This document shows positions 48,294 through 62,318 of a stretch of DNA of 64,000 bases, piece after piece. The first letter of the stretch is position 1. Each line of letters opens with the position of its first letter. Under the pieces are notes generated by a model. It worked only from the letters and a program-made list of their open reading frames with translations, made no database searches and had not been told where the DNA came from. The DNA lies in the NCBI GenBank assembly GCA_048128005.1, contig JBEUKZ010000080.1, positions 248,001 through 312,000 of the forward strand. Reading direction: 5' to 3'. The stretch comes from Veleropilina oligotropha. Lineage: Eukaryota. The position numbers and the translations under genes were made by a program.

Positions 48294-48590
48294 TTTGGCT
48301 CAGTGGTGAAGCACTGGCCTCTCATGCAGAAGTTTGCAAGTCAATGACCAATCCCGGCAAATGTTCCCTCTGTCAAGGAATCAGCATATGATTATGTCAC
48401 ATTGTGCCCCGTTTTGCAGTAACGTAAATTGTCAGTATGACAAATCTCAGCACCTTTAGGCAGCTCGTTTGTATAAATACTCTCAGAGAGAGTTGAGATG
48501 GAATTTCGAATAGAACAGACCGGTAACCAGGGAATAATGATGATGCAGTGCTTTGTGAAAGCATATATACGTGCATGGAAAAGCGCAATC
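48294..48590 (+). mobile_element. Degenerate tRNA-derived SINE (putative)
   Basis: A-box tggctcagtgg and tRNA-like head; B-box degraded. Confidence 0.35.
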
Positions 48591-50129
48591 TAAAAAATCT
48601 CCATTAATTATTTAAGCCACTGGTGCCAATATCAGTCAGTAATATTTTTAACAAATATGTAGAAACCGTTGCAACTTGCTGTCAAATCCCTTGTATAAGG
48701 GGAGACAATTCCGACAGGCTTGTACATGCTTTAGTAACACTAGGGGAGGCAATTCCGCCAGGCTTGTACATGCATTAGTAACACTAGGGGAGACAATCCC
48801 ACCAACTCGTTGCATTCCACAGAGCGAGAGAGATTACAGTTACATGTGCAAGTATTAGATTATGATTGGATGGCATCCAGCAACAGCAATGGGACAAATT
48901 TATATCTTGTGCAAATCACATTGGCTGCCACACTCATAATGAATGCCTGCATGTAATAGAAAAATACACTAAGGGTATTTTGTCATGTCAAGATAATTAT
49001 CCCTGAATGTGTGCTGATAAAATACATGCGCAATATATATTTATATATAAGTTATTTTTTAAAAGACTATAGTAATGTTTAATACTATATTGAAATTTTG
49101 ACGCACTTACTTGCATAATGACTATCATTAACTCTTTGCCCGTTGTGTATTCAGTAATTGAGAATTGGGCAGGATTTCCTGCAGCCAGATGCCAAAGAGT
49201 TCATGGAAATTGCAGCAAAAAGGCAACTAAATGTACCAAGGATAGAATTCAGTCTTACCTATTTCAGTAGATCTTAATAATCCTGATGGATTCTCTCCTT
49301 CTACATACGAATCTTGACTCTCCATCTTAGCAATAAAATACAGAAATTGATAATAATTTCTCAGATTTGACGTCTTTCAAGAGAATGTTTTACCCAAAAA
49401 TGTAGCAATAGCATAAAATAAAATTCAATACAATGTCACGAGGTAGCTTCCTTTCTGTTGTTGTTTCATGTAATCAATACGTGTTCCGTCAAAGCATGGA
49501 GAGTGATATTATGTCTTGAAAGCAATCAATACATACAGGCCGCAAGCGCTGCACATCACACATGGCCGCTCCAGTTGTTATGATGCGCATGGTTGACAAA
49601 TACCACGATAAATCTCTATCCCATCATAATGTTCGATATAATATAATACTCTACCAATTTTTAAATCTCGATACCTTCGGATTCCTGGAATTGCCATATT
49701 ATACTGGCACCATTATGTAGGTCAAGCTGCAATAATTAATGAAATGCTTGCTGGAGTCAGCTTCATAGGCTGTTCAGCAGCGACGCCAATCATGCAATCT
49801 GCACGAATGAGAGCAGACCCGCAGCGAAAAAACAAGTTGTAATTTCATTATAAGTGGATTCAATCCAGTGCATTGGCGATGCTGCCATCGCTCGGCTACT
49901 GTTTAGCTGAGAGTAATCAATACTGACAAGATCGGAAGGCTCAGGACGAGTTCAGCAGAACAAGATGCTTAGGTTCAGTGACTTGACGTAGATCTCGAGG
50001 AAATGATCAAAGAAATATTGATCTGTTACATAATATATACTTAAAAAATACAAAGATCATTTGCAGAATGCACATCATCGCAGTATGCGCAGGATTAATG
50101 CCACTCAGCGTCGGATCACAAACCCAGCA

Positions 50130-51264
50130 TCAAGGGAATGATGCACATGCAGAGGTCTATATCACCGTATATCAGGCAGCAAGGGAATGATGCACATGCA
50201 TGCGGTCTATATCACTGTATATCAGGCAGCAAGGGAATGATGCACATGCAGAGGTCTATATCACTGTATATCAGGCAGCAAGGGAATGATGCACATGCAG
50301 AGGTCTGTATCACCGTATATCAGGCAGCAAGGGAATGATGCACATGCAGAGGTCTATATCACTGTATATCAGGCAGCAAGGGAATGATGCACATGCAGAG
50401 GTCTGTATCACCGTATATCAGGCAGCAAGGGAATGATGCACATGCAGAGGTCTGTATCACCGTATATCAGGCAGCAAGGGAATGATGCACATGCATGCGG
50501 TCTATATCACTGTATATCAGGCAGCAAGGGAATGATGCACATGCAGAGGTCTGTATCACCATATATCAGGCAGCAAGGGAATGATGCACATGCAGAGGTC
50601 TATATCACTGTATATCAGGCAGCAAGGGAATGATGCACATGCAGAGGTCTATATCACTGTATATCAGGCAGCAAGGGAATGATGCACATGCAGAGGTCTG
50701 TATCACCGTATATCAGGCAGCAAGGGAATGATGCACATGCAGAGGTCTGTATCACCGTATATCAGGCAGCAAGGGAATGATGCACATGCAGAGGTCTATA
50801 TCACTGTATATCAGGCAGCAAGGGAATGATGCACATGCAGAGGTCTATATCACCGTATATCAGGCAGCAAGGGAATGATGCACATGCATGCGGTCTATAT
50901 CACTGTATATCAGGCAGCAAGGGAATGATGCACATGCAGAGGTCTGTATCACCGTATATCAGGCAGCAAGGGAATGATGCACATGCAGAGGTCTATATCA
51001 CCGTATATCAGGCAGCAAGGGAATGATGCACATGCAGAGGTCTATATCACTGTATATCAGGCAGCAAGGGAATGATGCACATGCAGAGGTCTGTATCACC
51101 GTATATCAGGCAGCAAGGGAATGATGCACATGCAGAGGTCTGTATCACCGTATATCAGGCAGCAAGGGAATGATGCACATGCAGAGGTCTATATCACCGT
51201 ATATCAGGCAGCAAGGGAATGATGCACATGCAGAGGTTCTATATCACCGTATATCAGGCAGCAA
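50130..51264 (+). repeat. 49-bp minisatellite, about 23 copies
   Basis: Unit aagggaatgatgcacatgcagaggtctatatcaccgtatatcaggcagc. Confidence 0.97.
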
Positions 51265-51460
51265 AATTAGGCAAATGAGGGGATAAGTGGAACAGCAGTA
51301 TGGAATGATCAAATCGCAATGAATCATTAACCCAAGATTAATTTCAATATAGTACATAAAAGTGCAATCCATCCGTCCCGCTGTCATGCTATGTTGATGC
51401 ACTCACCTGACCTCGGCTAATAATAACACCGAACACACATGCAGCAGCTTTAATATTTAT

Positions 51461-51570
51461 TAAGTATAGGTTAGATGGCAGATTGGAGAATCTTATCAAA
51501 ATAGAAGGCAAGTCCATAGGACGAGCCTACTTTTTGATAAGGGTCTCCAATCTGCCGTCTAACTGACTTA
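51461..51570. repeat. Imperfect long hairpin
   Basis: gttagatggcagattggaga..cttatcaaaa / ttttgataag..tctccaatctgccgtctaac. Confidence 0.8.
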
Positions 51571-52104
51571 ATATCTCCGACTCCATTTCATTTCTCGACA
51601 CAAATTAATTCTTATTGTCAAATTTTACAACAAGTTTATTTTATCGAAACATATTCATTACTAATAATTTTCTTTATTTATCATTATATTAAGATGACGC
51701 ATATGAAGATTATAACATGTCGCCCCTATTCCTGATAATTGACAGGGTAATGCGAACAAAAGACCTGACGAGTACCGTCTTCAGCAATAAGTGACAACAA
51801 ATGCTGCTTTCTCATTGGTTGAGAAATGAAATGGTCTTCTAAATTTAATAAGATACAGATGGCAAAATTGGCGGTGCGCTTGAACCTACGACATGAAATG
51901 AAGTCGAGTGTGATATTTTTAAAGGGAACAGGATAAACGTCTGTATCAAATGAGATGATACAGGATAACACTTTGATTTTGTTTTGATCACTAAGCAAAT
52001 GAATAATGCCATATGCCATCTTACGGGCTATTTTAGTGCAACATAAACATTAAACAGGATATCCGAAGAACTGAGAAATAAATTGGCCATATACAATATT
52101 ATAA

Positions 52105-52248
52105 CTTACATAGTTTGTTAGTGACCGAATACGGATTTTACCGGGGTCAGTGGAAATTTCATATTGGGCGAGGCGATAGCCGAGCCCAATATGAAATTTC
52201 CACTGACCCCGGTAAAATCCGTATTCGGTCACTAACAAACTATGTAAG
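52105..52248. repeat. Perfect inverted repeat, 65-bp arms, 14-nt loop
   Basis: Arms 52105-52169 and 52184-52248. Confidence 0.95.
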
Positions 52249-53050
52249 GTATTTATCCTGTCGACGACCTGCAAATATATTATTACGTAATATTTTGAGA
52301 AACGAAAATAAGTAAATATATTGTTTATAACGTAACAAAATGTATTGGGAATAAAGTAACAAATTTAATCATAACAATACCGTAATAATAGTTATATGCC
52401 ACAATACAACAACGTAATAATTATGTATTATGATCTACATTATATAGCAACATAATACAAAAATATCGTATCAAAACACCCATTGCGACCCTTGGTGTAG
52501 CTCTGCATCTGTCCAATGATTGGGCGAGTACGGGTGGCGGGAAAACGAGGTCACTCAAGGACATTGACGTTGACGTGATATGAAACGAAGGCACTAGATA
52601 TGGTTATTTACATGGTCAGCACGTGACGTGATGTAACCAATGAATGGGCTAGAATGTTGTCGGAGGCAGGATAAGTACATTTATTACTCGGGTGTTGAAG
52701 ATATCGCCATCTCATAAACATCTCGTATCTTACGGGTGTTGGATAAACAATTGACCTCCAACTCTCAATTTTGATTGGACAATAGCAATCTGCTGATGTA
52801 AGGTCACGGGACTACTTTTTAATAGCCATTTACAAATATTTAATTAAATATCTTATTGATTGTTACAAGACGTTTTGTTATTATTAATTTTTAACGTTGT
52901 TAGGCTATAAGAACGACCTATATTAATGCGCAAGGATTTTATCACATCTGTGAAGAGGCAATTCGTGCGCAAATGTTGTTGGCGACAATGTTCGGATTGA
53001 TATATGCAGAAATACGATAATAAAACAAGTATATCGTGAGTAATAAATAA

Positions 53051-53180
53051 AATACTACACTGGTTGTCGATAGATACCATTTTTACGTGACTCGTATATG
53101 TCTGACGGTACTCGTTTAGATACCGTCAGACATATACTCGTCACGTAAAAATGGTATCTATCGACAACCAGTGTAGTATT
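53051..53180. repeat. Near-perfect long hairpin
   Basis: aatactacactggttgtcgatagatacc... / ...ggtatctatcgacaaccagtgtagtatt. Confidence 0.93.
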
Positions 53181-55328
53181 CTATATGTATCTAAACATTA
53201 TTCTCCATTAACAAATAGCATCTTGCAGTAGTTGATGTGCAGTTAACCAATTAATGTCGAGTGTGATATGGTTAATTAACAAACTCCACATGAAAGTAAT
53301 GTGGCTTTTTTGTCTGCATGAATATCTATCAACTCCCCCACTGTTCTCACTAAATTTTCTGCATCCAGAATGCGCAACACGTTGATTCCCTTTGACCTAA
53401 TATCCACGAGGAATTAGCCATCACAAACACAAACCGACATCATGACAGGATTGGAGGACAAAATATATAAAATCGTCTGCAAAATCTTCAAAATGCAAAG
53501 GGCTGACTATATTGGCTCTACTCTTTCAATTACTCTCAAAATGATCACGTTCCGCTGGCTGAGTAGACTGTGGCTATTAATACACAGGTCACGACCTCAG
53601 ATTAGGCGATAGGTGAAAACAGTTTTTACCCATTGTCATGTAAAATTCATGATAGATTTAATAGTCATTAAAAGTCCTATCAGATATAACGACGAGTTCT
53701 ACATTTTGTTACTATACACACATGCCCGATCTTATTACTGGTAGCGGCGGTTCATTCTACTGCTTAAAAAATAATAGAAGGCATATCCCAAATGTATGAC
53801 GGTCAGATCAGAGTGAGTCGTCGGTCAGATCGCAGTGAGACCTAATAAACCGGGTATCCTGACTATGATACAGCTGAATAATTTCTAAAAGTGGTCATAA
53901 AACAATGTTGCAAACCAACTATTAATGGTAGAGGCGACACTGAGTGCAGCAGGGAAAGGATCAGAATATGCATGTTGAAAAAATATTATCGTTGTTGAAA
54001 ATCAATTTTAAATGTCACCATTTGCTAGAGTCTTCTGTATAGGCCTATGTCATAAAAACCATTTTCAATATAAAGAGAAATCAATGCATGTTAAAACCTC
54101 ACACACATTCTGGAGGAGCAGTTGTGACAAGATTTTGAAAGTGTTATGTGGTTAATTATCTTGAATACCGGAAGTTTTCGAATATTTATGTGACACACCT
54201 ACAAAATCGGATGCACCATTTTGCGAAGATTGAAGGAAGCTGAAGAAATAGTTCAGAACTCAGATCCTGACTGAAAATGTGACAATTTTCACATTGGAAG
54301 CTGTGGTAATTTTGAATATCGGTTCGCGATTTCAAATCCCTGGGAGTTTATGCCAATTACACCTGAGTGAAGTTCCAGTGTGAATACAACTTATCATTTT
54401 GGAGGAGTAGGGAATATCAGCTTTTCAAAATGGTGGCCTTTGTTGATAACTTGAATATCGGATGGCTCCAAATTTCTTTACGCATCACATCTTTGTAAGC
54501 AACTGCACCTTTGTGTGAAGCTTGAAGTATTTGAGGTAACGATTCTAAAGTTTGAAGTATTTGAGGTAATGATTCTGAAGTTTGAATTATTTGAGGGAAT
54601 GATTATGAAGATTGAAGTGTTTGAGGAAATGGTTCTGAAGGTTTATCCTGGATAGGAATGGTGAAGAAATGATAGCATATATACTGTCCTCGACAGCTCA
54701 ATTGAAAGCTAGGAATGGACTGGATCGATCCTGTATCAATACAACAATCAGGTTCAAAGCAGGACATGTCCATATTATTGCGAGAATAAAGCCTGGTAAC
54801 CCAGACTAGCTCTCCAACCAGTTATGGACAACTGTGATTCATAACAGAACAAAAAATGTCCCGACTGAGATTCGAACCCACTACTGTTCATCAGCGGAAT
54901 CAATCCGGCACTCGAGAAAAAACGCCTGTCGGAGCAGCTCATCTGATCGAGTCGGGAAAGCCTTAATTAAGTGAATATAGGACATGGGTTCAAAGTAAAC
55001 TAGTAAAAGGGATGGCTTAAAAACTTGTATTCTGTCCTTCGAAGGAAGACATTAAAACAAGGTTCCGATTACAGACATTTTTAAATGTCTTCGTCAAACT
55101 TAAAGCTGATTAAAATCAAATCAATTTTAACATTAATGACCCATTTTGTTGGTGAACATCGGATATTCATGCCTTAATTCACTAATAGGATCAACTTCTA
55201 AGGTCCGTGCCCTTTATGCAAGTACAGGTCACCACGGTGTCAGTAATAAAGAAGCGTATAGGGATTACATGATATTCAGAATATGGACCATTTAGAATAT
55301 ATTGAACTGATCGACATTTTTTACCAAA

Positions 55329-55992
55329 CACCACCTCATGAGCGACGGCCCCACCACCTCATGAGCGGCGGCCCCACCACCTCATGAGCGATGGCCCCAC
55401 CACCTCATGAGCGATGGCCCCACCACCTCATGAGCAACGGCCCCACCACCTCATGAGTGACGGCCCCACCACCTCATGAGCGACGGCCCCACCACCTCAT
55501 GAGCAACGGCCCCTCCACCTCATGAGCGGCGGCCCCACCACCTCATGAGCGGCAGCCCCACCACCTCATGAGCGGCGGCCCCACCACCTCATGAGCGACG
55601 GCCCCACTACCTCATGAGCGATGGCCCCACCACCTCATGAGCGACGGCCCCACCACCTCATGAGCGACGGCCCCACCACCTCATGAGCGACGGCCCCACC
55701 ACCTCATGAGCGACGGCCCCACCACCTCATGAGCGGCTGCCCCACCACCTCATGAGCGGCGGCCCCACCACCTCATGAGCGATGGCCCCACCACCTCATA
55801 AGCGGCGGCCCCACCACCTCATGAGCGGCGGCCCCACCACCTCATGAGCGGCGGCCCCACCACCTCATGAGCGGCGGCCCCACCACCTCATGAGCGGCTG
55901 CCCCACCACCTCATGAGCGGAGGCCCCACCACCTCATGAGCGACGGCCCCACCACCTCATGAGCGACGGCCCCACCACATGAGCAGCGGCCC
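55329..55992 (+). repeat. 23-bp minisatellite, about 29 copies
   Basis: Unit ccaccacctcatgagcgacggcc. Confidence 0.97.
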
Positions 55993-56825
55993 ATTTGGAT
56001 GAAGTTTGATGTTAATTAAGGATATAGTTCAGAAAGACGATTTTCACAATGCCGACAATTTTCACTAAGGATCAAGAATCAAGTAGTCTGTAGAGTTATT
56101 AGGACAGTTACACCTGTGAAGTTCCGATGTCGATAAGACCGTAAATCTTCTGAATGAGTATGAATGACAAAATAACAAAATGGCTGCCGTGATGACCACC
56201 TTGAACATTTTGTTTGACAAACCTTCGTGAACAGCTTAACCTATTTGCAAAATTTTATGGATAGCACAGGGGTTTCAATAAGAAAAGCAATAAGAGGGTA
56301 ATTATGTCTGACAGGAGGGTAAATTTTAACCAATACATTATTTGCTACTATAAAAGTCAATGTAATATGAGAATGTCAGCAGGGTACACATTGGATTACA
56401 GGCGGGTAAAAATACCCGGTACCCGCCTATTAATGACACCCCTGATAGCAATGTGCAAGGGAGAATAATAAAGCAAAGAGAGAAGGAGAATTCTGACAAA
56501 AACAACATCTCTCCATCAAACAAAAGACGTCATTCTGGTTACATCTTGGACAAAGTAGTCATCTGAGGTCAATGGTCTGTAATCGTCACAGTTAAAAGTT
56601 TGAATCATAACATTAAGCTTTACGCCAACACTTTAACCATTATTCATTCATATTTCAGCCTTTACAACCGAATTTGTCTACAGCGACTGGTCAGTATATA
56701 TATATCAGAGCAAATATTGTTATCACAAATCAAGCAGCATCAACACCATGTTAATTGAGTACATTGATATAAATATACTACCTTGTCCTTGGATTCAGCA
56801 GCCATTGCTGTTCATAACCGACCAA

Positions 56826-59800
56826 AATGGTGGGCAACAGTACACCATATTTCGGTTTTCAGCTAAATGGTGGGCAACAGTACAACAGACTTCAGTTCCA
56901 GGCTAAATGGAGGGCAACAGACTTCAGTTCCAGGCTAAATGGTGGGTAACAGTCCAACAGACTTCAGTTCCAGGCTAAATGGAGGGTAACAGTACAACAG
57001 ACTTCAGTTCCAGGCTAAATGGAGGGTAACAGTCCAACAGACTTCAGTTCCAGGCTAGATGGTGGGTAACAGTCCAACAGACTTCAGTTCCAGGCTAAAT
57101 GGAGGGTAACAGTCCAACAGACTTCAGTTCCAGGCTAAATGGAGGGTAACAGTCCAACAGACTTCAGTTCCAGGCTAAATGGTTGGCAACAGTACAACAG
57201 ACTTCAGTTCCATGCTAAATGGTGGGTAACAGTCCAACAGACTTCAGTTCCAGGCTAAATGGAGGGTAACAGTCCAACAGACTTCAGTTCCAGGCTAAAT
57301 GGTGGGTAACAGTCCAACAGACTTCAGTTCCATGCTAAATGGAGGGTAACAGTCCAACAGACTTCAGTTCCAGGCTAAATGGTGGGTAACAGTCCAACAG
57401 ACTTCAGTTCCAGGCTAAATGGAGGGCAACAGTCCAACAGACTTCAGTTCCAGGCTAAATGGAGGGTAACAGTCCAACAGACTTCAGTTCCAGGCTAAAT
57501 GGTGGGTAACAGTCCAACAGACTTCAGTCCAATGCTAAATGGCAGGTAACAGTTCAACAGACTTCAGTTCCAGGCTAAATGGAGGGTAACAGTTCAACAG
57601 ATTTCAGCTCCAGGCTAAATGGTGGGCAACAGTACACCATATTTCGGTTTTCGGCTAAATGGTGGGTAACAGTACAACAGACTTCAGTTCCAGGCTAAAT
57701 GGGGGGTAACAGTCCAACAGACTTCAGTTCCAGGCTAAATGGAGGGTAACAGTCCAACAGACTTCAGTTCCAGGCTAAATGGTGGGTAACAGTCCAACAG
57801 ATTTCAGTTCCAGGCTAAATGGAGGGTAACAGTCGAACAGACTTCAATTCCAGGCTAAATGGTGGGTAACAGTCCAACAGACTTCAGTTCCAGGCTAAAT
57901 GGAGGGTAACAGTCCAACAGACTTCAGTTCCAGGCTAAATGGTGGGTAACAGTCCAACAGACTTCAGTTCCAGGCTATAAATGGAGGGTAACAGTACAGA
58001 CTTCAGTTCCAGGCTAAATGGAGAGTAACAGTACAAAAGACTTCAGTTCCAGGCTAAATGGTTGGTAACAGTACAACAGACTTCAGTTCCAGGCTAAATG
58101 GTTGGTAACAGTACAGATTTCAGTTCCAGGCTAAATGGTGGGTAACAGTACAACAGACTTCAGTTCCAGGCTAAATGGAGGGTAACAGTCCAATAGACTT
58201 CAGTTCCAGGCTAAATGGTGGGTAACAGTACAACAGACTTCAGTTCCAGGCTAAATGGAGGGTAACAGTCCAACAGACTTCAGTTCCAGGCTAAATGGAG
58301 GGTAACAGTACAGACTTCAGTTCCAGGATAAATGGAGGGTAACAGTCCAACAGACTTCAGTTCCAGGCTAAATGGTTGGCAACAGTACAACCGACTTCAG
58401 TTCCAGGCTAAATGGTTGGTAACAGTACAACAGACTTCAGTTCCATGCTAAATGGAGGGTAACAGTCCAACAGATTTCAGTTCCAGGCTAAATGGTTGGT
58501 AACAGTGCAACAGACTTCAGTTCCAGGCTAAATGGTTGGTAACAGTACAACAGACTTCAGTTCCAGGCTAAATGGAGGGTAACAGTCCAACAGACTTCAG
58601 TTCCAGGCTAAATGGAGAGAAACAGTACAACAGACTTCATTTCCAGGCTAAATGGAGGGTAACAGTACAACAGACTTCAGTTCCAGGCTAAATGGTTGGT
58701 AACAGTCCAACAGACTTCAATTCCAGGCTAAATGGAGGGTCACAATACAACAGACTTCAGTTCCAGGCTAAATGGAGGGTAACAGTCCAACAGAATTCAG
58801 ATCCAGGCTAAATGGAGGGTAACAGTACAACAGACTTCAGTTCCAGGCTAAATGGAGGGTAACAGTCCAACAGACTTCAGTTCCAGGCTAAATGGAGGGT
58901 AACAGTACAACAGACTTCAGTTCCAGGCTAAATGGAGGGTAACAGTACAACAGACTTCAGTTCCAGGCTAAATGGAGGGTAACAGTACAACAGACTTCAG
59001 TTCCAGGCTAAATGGAGGGTAACAGTCCAACAGACTTCAGTTCCAGGCTAAATGGTGGCCAACAGTACAACAGACTTCAGTTCCAGGCTAAATGGAGGGT
59101 AACAGTCCAATAGACTTCAGTTCCAGGCTAAATGGTTGGTAACAGTACAACAGACATCAGTTCCATGCTAAATGGTGGGTAACAGTTCAACAGACTTCAG
59201 TTCCAAGCTAAATGGAGAGTAACAGTCCAACAGACTTCAGTTCCAGGCTAAATGGTGGGTAACAGTCCAACAGACTTCAGTTCCAGGCTAAATGGAGGTT
59301 AACAGTACAACAGACTTCAGTTCCAGGCTAAATGGAGGGTAACAGTCCAACATACTTCAGTTCCAGGCTAAATGGTGGGTAACAGTACAGACTTCAGTTC
59401 CAGGCTAAATGGAGAGTAACAGTCCAACAGACTTCAGTTCCAGGCTAAATGGAGGGTAACAGTCCAACAGACTTCAGTTCCAGGCTAAATGGAGGGTCAC
59501 AGTCCAACAGACTTCAGTTCCAGGCTAAATGGAGGGTAACAGTCCAACAGACTTCAGTACCAGGCTAAATGGTGGGTAACAGTACAGACTTCAGTTCCAG
59601 GCTAAATGGAGGTTAACAGTTCAACAGACTTCAGTTCCAGGCTAAACGGAGGGTAACAGTTCAACAGACTTCAGTTCCAGGCTAAATGGTGGGTACAGTA
59701 CAGACTTCAGTTCCAGGCTAAATGGAGGGTAACAGTCCAACAGACTTCAGTTCCAGGCTAAATGGTGGGTAACAGTACAGATTTCAGTTCCAGGCTAAAT

Positions 59801-60165
59801 GGAGGGTAACAGTCCAACAGACTTCAGTTCCAGGCTAAATGGAGGGTAACAGTCCAACAGACTTCAGTTCCAGGCTAAATGGTGGATAACAGTACAACAG
59901 ACTTCAGTTCCAGGCTAAATGGAGGGTAACTGTTCAACAGACTTCAGTTCCAGGCTAAATGGTGGGTAGCAGTACAGACTTCAGTTCCAGGCTAAATGGA
60001 GGGTAACAGTTCAACAGACTTCAGTTCCAGGCTAAATGGAGGGTAACAGTACAGACTTCAGTTCCAGGCTAAATGGAGGGAAACAGTCCAACAGACTTCA
60101 GTTCCAGGCTAAATGGAGGGTAACAGTCCAACAGACTTCAGTTCCAGGCTAAATGGAGGGTAACG
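56826..60165 (+). repeat. 40-bp minisatellite, about 84 copies, with 35-bp variants
   Basis: Unit aaatggagggtaacagtccaacagacttcagttccaggct. Confidence 0.98.
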
Positions 60166-61677
60166 TATTATGTACAGTACACCCGATTTAAATTCCAGGC
60201 TAAGGTTCTCCCGCGATGGTCACCAAACACAAACTTGGAGAGCTTTCCAATAGGTTCAATCACACCATAACAATATCTACTTACCTCATATATGCCTTCG
60301 TTGTATCAATAATTCAATTGCTTATCTCAACGTTCCGTTAAAGCATCAAACACAATTTTCTGAGAGACTAAATATTACAGTCTGGCTTCGCCGCTATAGT
60401 GGGGAGACTTTAACCAGCTTCTACCTAGCTATCTTCATGGATATAACTAATTTATCAATCGGTGAGGCAAAGACTAAAGCATCAATCACAACATCGCAAA
60501 GCACAAACAATTTCTGATGCCTCAGGGCTTGTTGGATCATCATTGTTCTTAGGCAAACAGCACAGGAGAAATATTGTGAGCTCAAGGGCACAGCAAACGT
60601 GCACAAACACAATAAAATCATTCAAGCCTAATTGGCAAACTTCAGTGAACAAAAAACACATTATTTCATTTTAGAAAATTGCACGCAACTGTCACTGTGT
60701 AGCATCTGTATGATGTTTCATTCCGTAGGAGTCTCCTCTGTATTCATCATTACCATAGTAGAGGTGATAAGAACCCTCTGGCATCCTGCCTTTAGTAGTG
60801 ATATTCAATAAACAATAATATACTCACACCTTATTTCACTCGGCAAATTAAGGTTGCATCCATGAAATATGTGCGCAATCCAATAATTACACCTGTTGGA
60901 AAAGTGCGCTAGAAAATCTCAAATTATGCGCTAGGGTGACTGAAATTGTGCGCTGACTGGAGGGCGGATTGTGCGTTAAGATGCGCTAAATATCTGAAAT
61001 TATGCGCTGGATTAGCTTCAAGTTTTTACCAAAATTGAATATATATTCATACTTATTATTGTGATATTCTCAATACAAAAGGAAAATGTTCAATTTCTCT
61101 TTATTGTACACCTATTACAAAATATTCTAGTCTATAATATATATATTATAACGAGCACGAAGTGTGAGCTCTATAGGTAACGTGTGTGTAGAAAATAATC
61201 AATGATCAACCAATCTAGTGTACCCTTACCTTTCTGATTATTAGGACGGAAACGGGTTGCATGCTGGGATCGTTTAACGTTGATGTGGGCCTTTTGCTTA
61301 TGGGTATACATTTTATTTATTTGTCAAGCGTGTCAAACGCGAAGCGCTTCCACATTAAACATGCATATGACAGGCGCGCAGCGCCTGTCATAAATACTGA
61401 ATTCCGCTGAAGTTTTAAAGCCAAGTCTCGGATATCCGTTAGCGGTGACGTCTTTGCCTTGAATTCGCCAGTGTCGTCTTGGCAACGAGAAAATGATTCG
61501 GTAAATTCGCGGAGTTTACCGATCGATTCAAACTAAGAGTGTTGAGTACCTTATATGAATAAGTAACGGGCCCTAAGTAACGAACGTAATATACTAAACA
61601 AATACTTTAAATGGACGAGCTACAGCCATGTGCGCTTCGAGCCGTACGCCGCTTCCGTCGCTTCGATAACATAGGCA

Positions 61678-62040
61678 TACCGTATTTTCGCGCTTATAAG
61701 GGCATGCCCTTATAAGTGAGTATGCCCTTATATCCGGATATAAGGGCATGCCCTTATAAGTGTGAACGTTTATTTTTTGAAAATATTCAAATGCAATATT
61801 TCACTTATAAGGGCATGGCTTTCTCACACGTCCGCCTCGTATCGCAACGATCGTATTTAGCTTGAATGTCGTTGATATATGAAATAAATTGTGTCTCTAA
61901 TGAACTTATACTACCAAATAGTATTATAAGACTTAATTAGTGATACCACAATCACACTGGCACTCACCCACCAACCCAATACTCGCGCAAAAACAAATAC
62001 GCGCGCATCTCCTGGCATTATTTCGGTTATAAGGGCACCT
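61678..62040. mobile_element. Probable Tc1/mariner-type element left end
   Basis: ta+ccgtatttt terminus; repeated ttataagggca motifs and palindromes; no matching right end seen. Confidence 0.45.
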
Positions 62041-62055
62041 TTATCACGTTTTCAA

Positions 62056-62246
62056 CACGGGCCTTTGTCGCATGCCAGAAAATCGTTCGATCAATGATGC
62101 TCCCGGTCGCCTGGTATCCATTATGCATGCCAGAAAATCGTTCGATCAATGATGCTCCCGGTCGCCTGGTATCCATTATAATGGATACCAGGCGACCGGG
62201 AGCATCATTGATCGAACGATTTTCTGGCATGCGACATAGGCCCGTG
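62056..62246. mobile_element. Foldback MITE with 8-bp TSD (hAT- or P-like)
   Basis: cacgggcc...ggcccgtg; gttttcaa at 62048-62055 and 62247-62254. Confidence 0.85.
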
Positions 62247-62318
62247 GTTTTCAACCTAAAATTTGCTATGTCTGCTCCGGAAATTATGTGGGATGAGAGT
62301 TTAGTCGTTGGGGCTGAA

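Noticed and set aside
50138..51026. Repeated 66-aa ORFs (MMHMQRS...)
   Set aside because: Artefact of the 49-bp minisatellite
54850..54890. tRNA gene on the minus strand
   Set aside because: Only a B-box/T-arm-like remnant; no complete cloverleaf
55329..60165. Possible CRISPR arrays
   Set aside because: Head-to-tail repeats without unique spacers, no cas genes, eukaryotic context
60280..60365. Minus-strand coding exon with good splice sites
   Set aside because: Stops in all three frames
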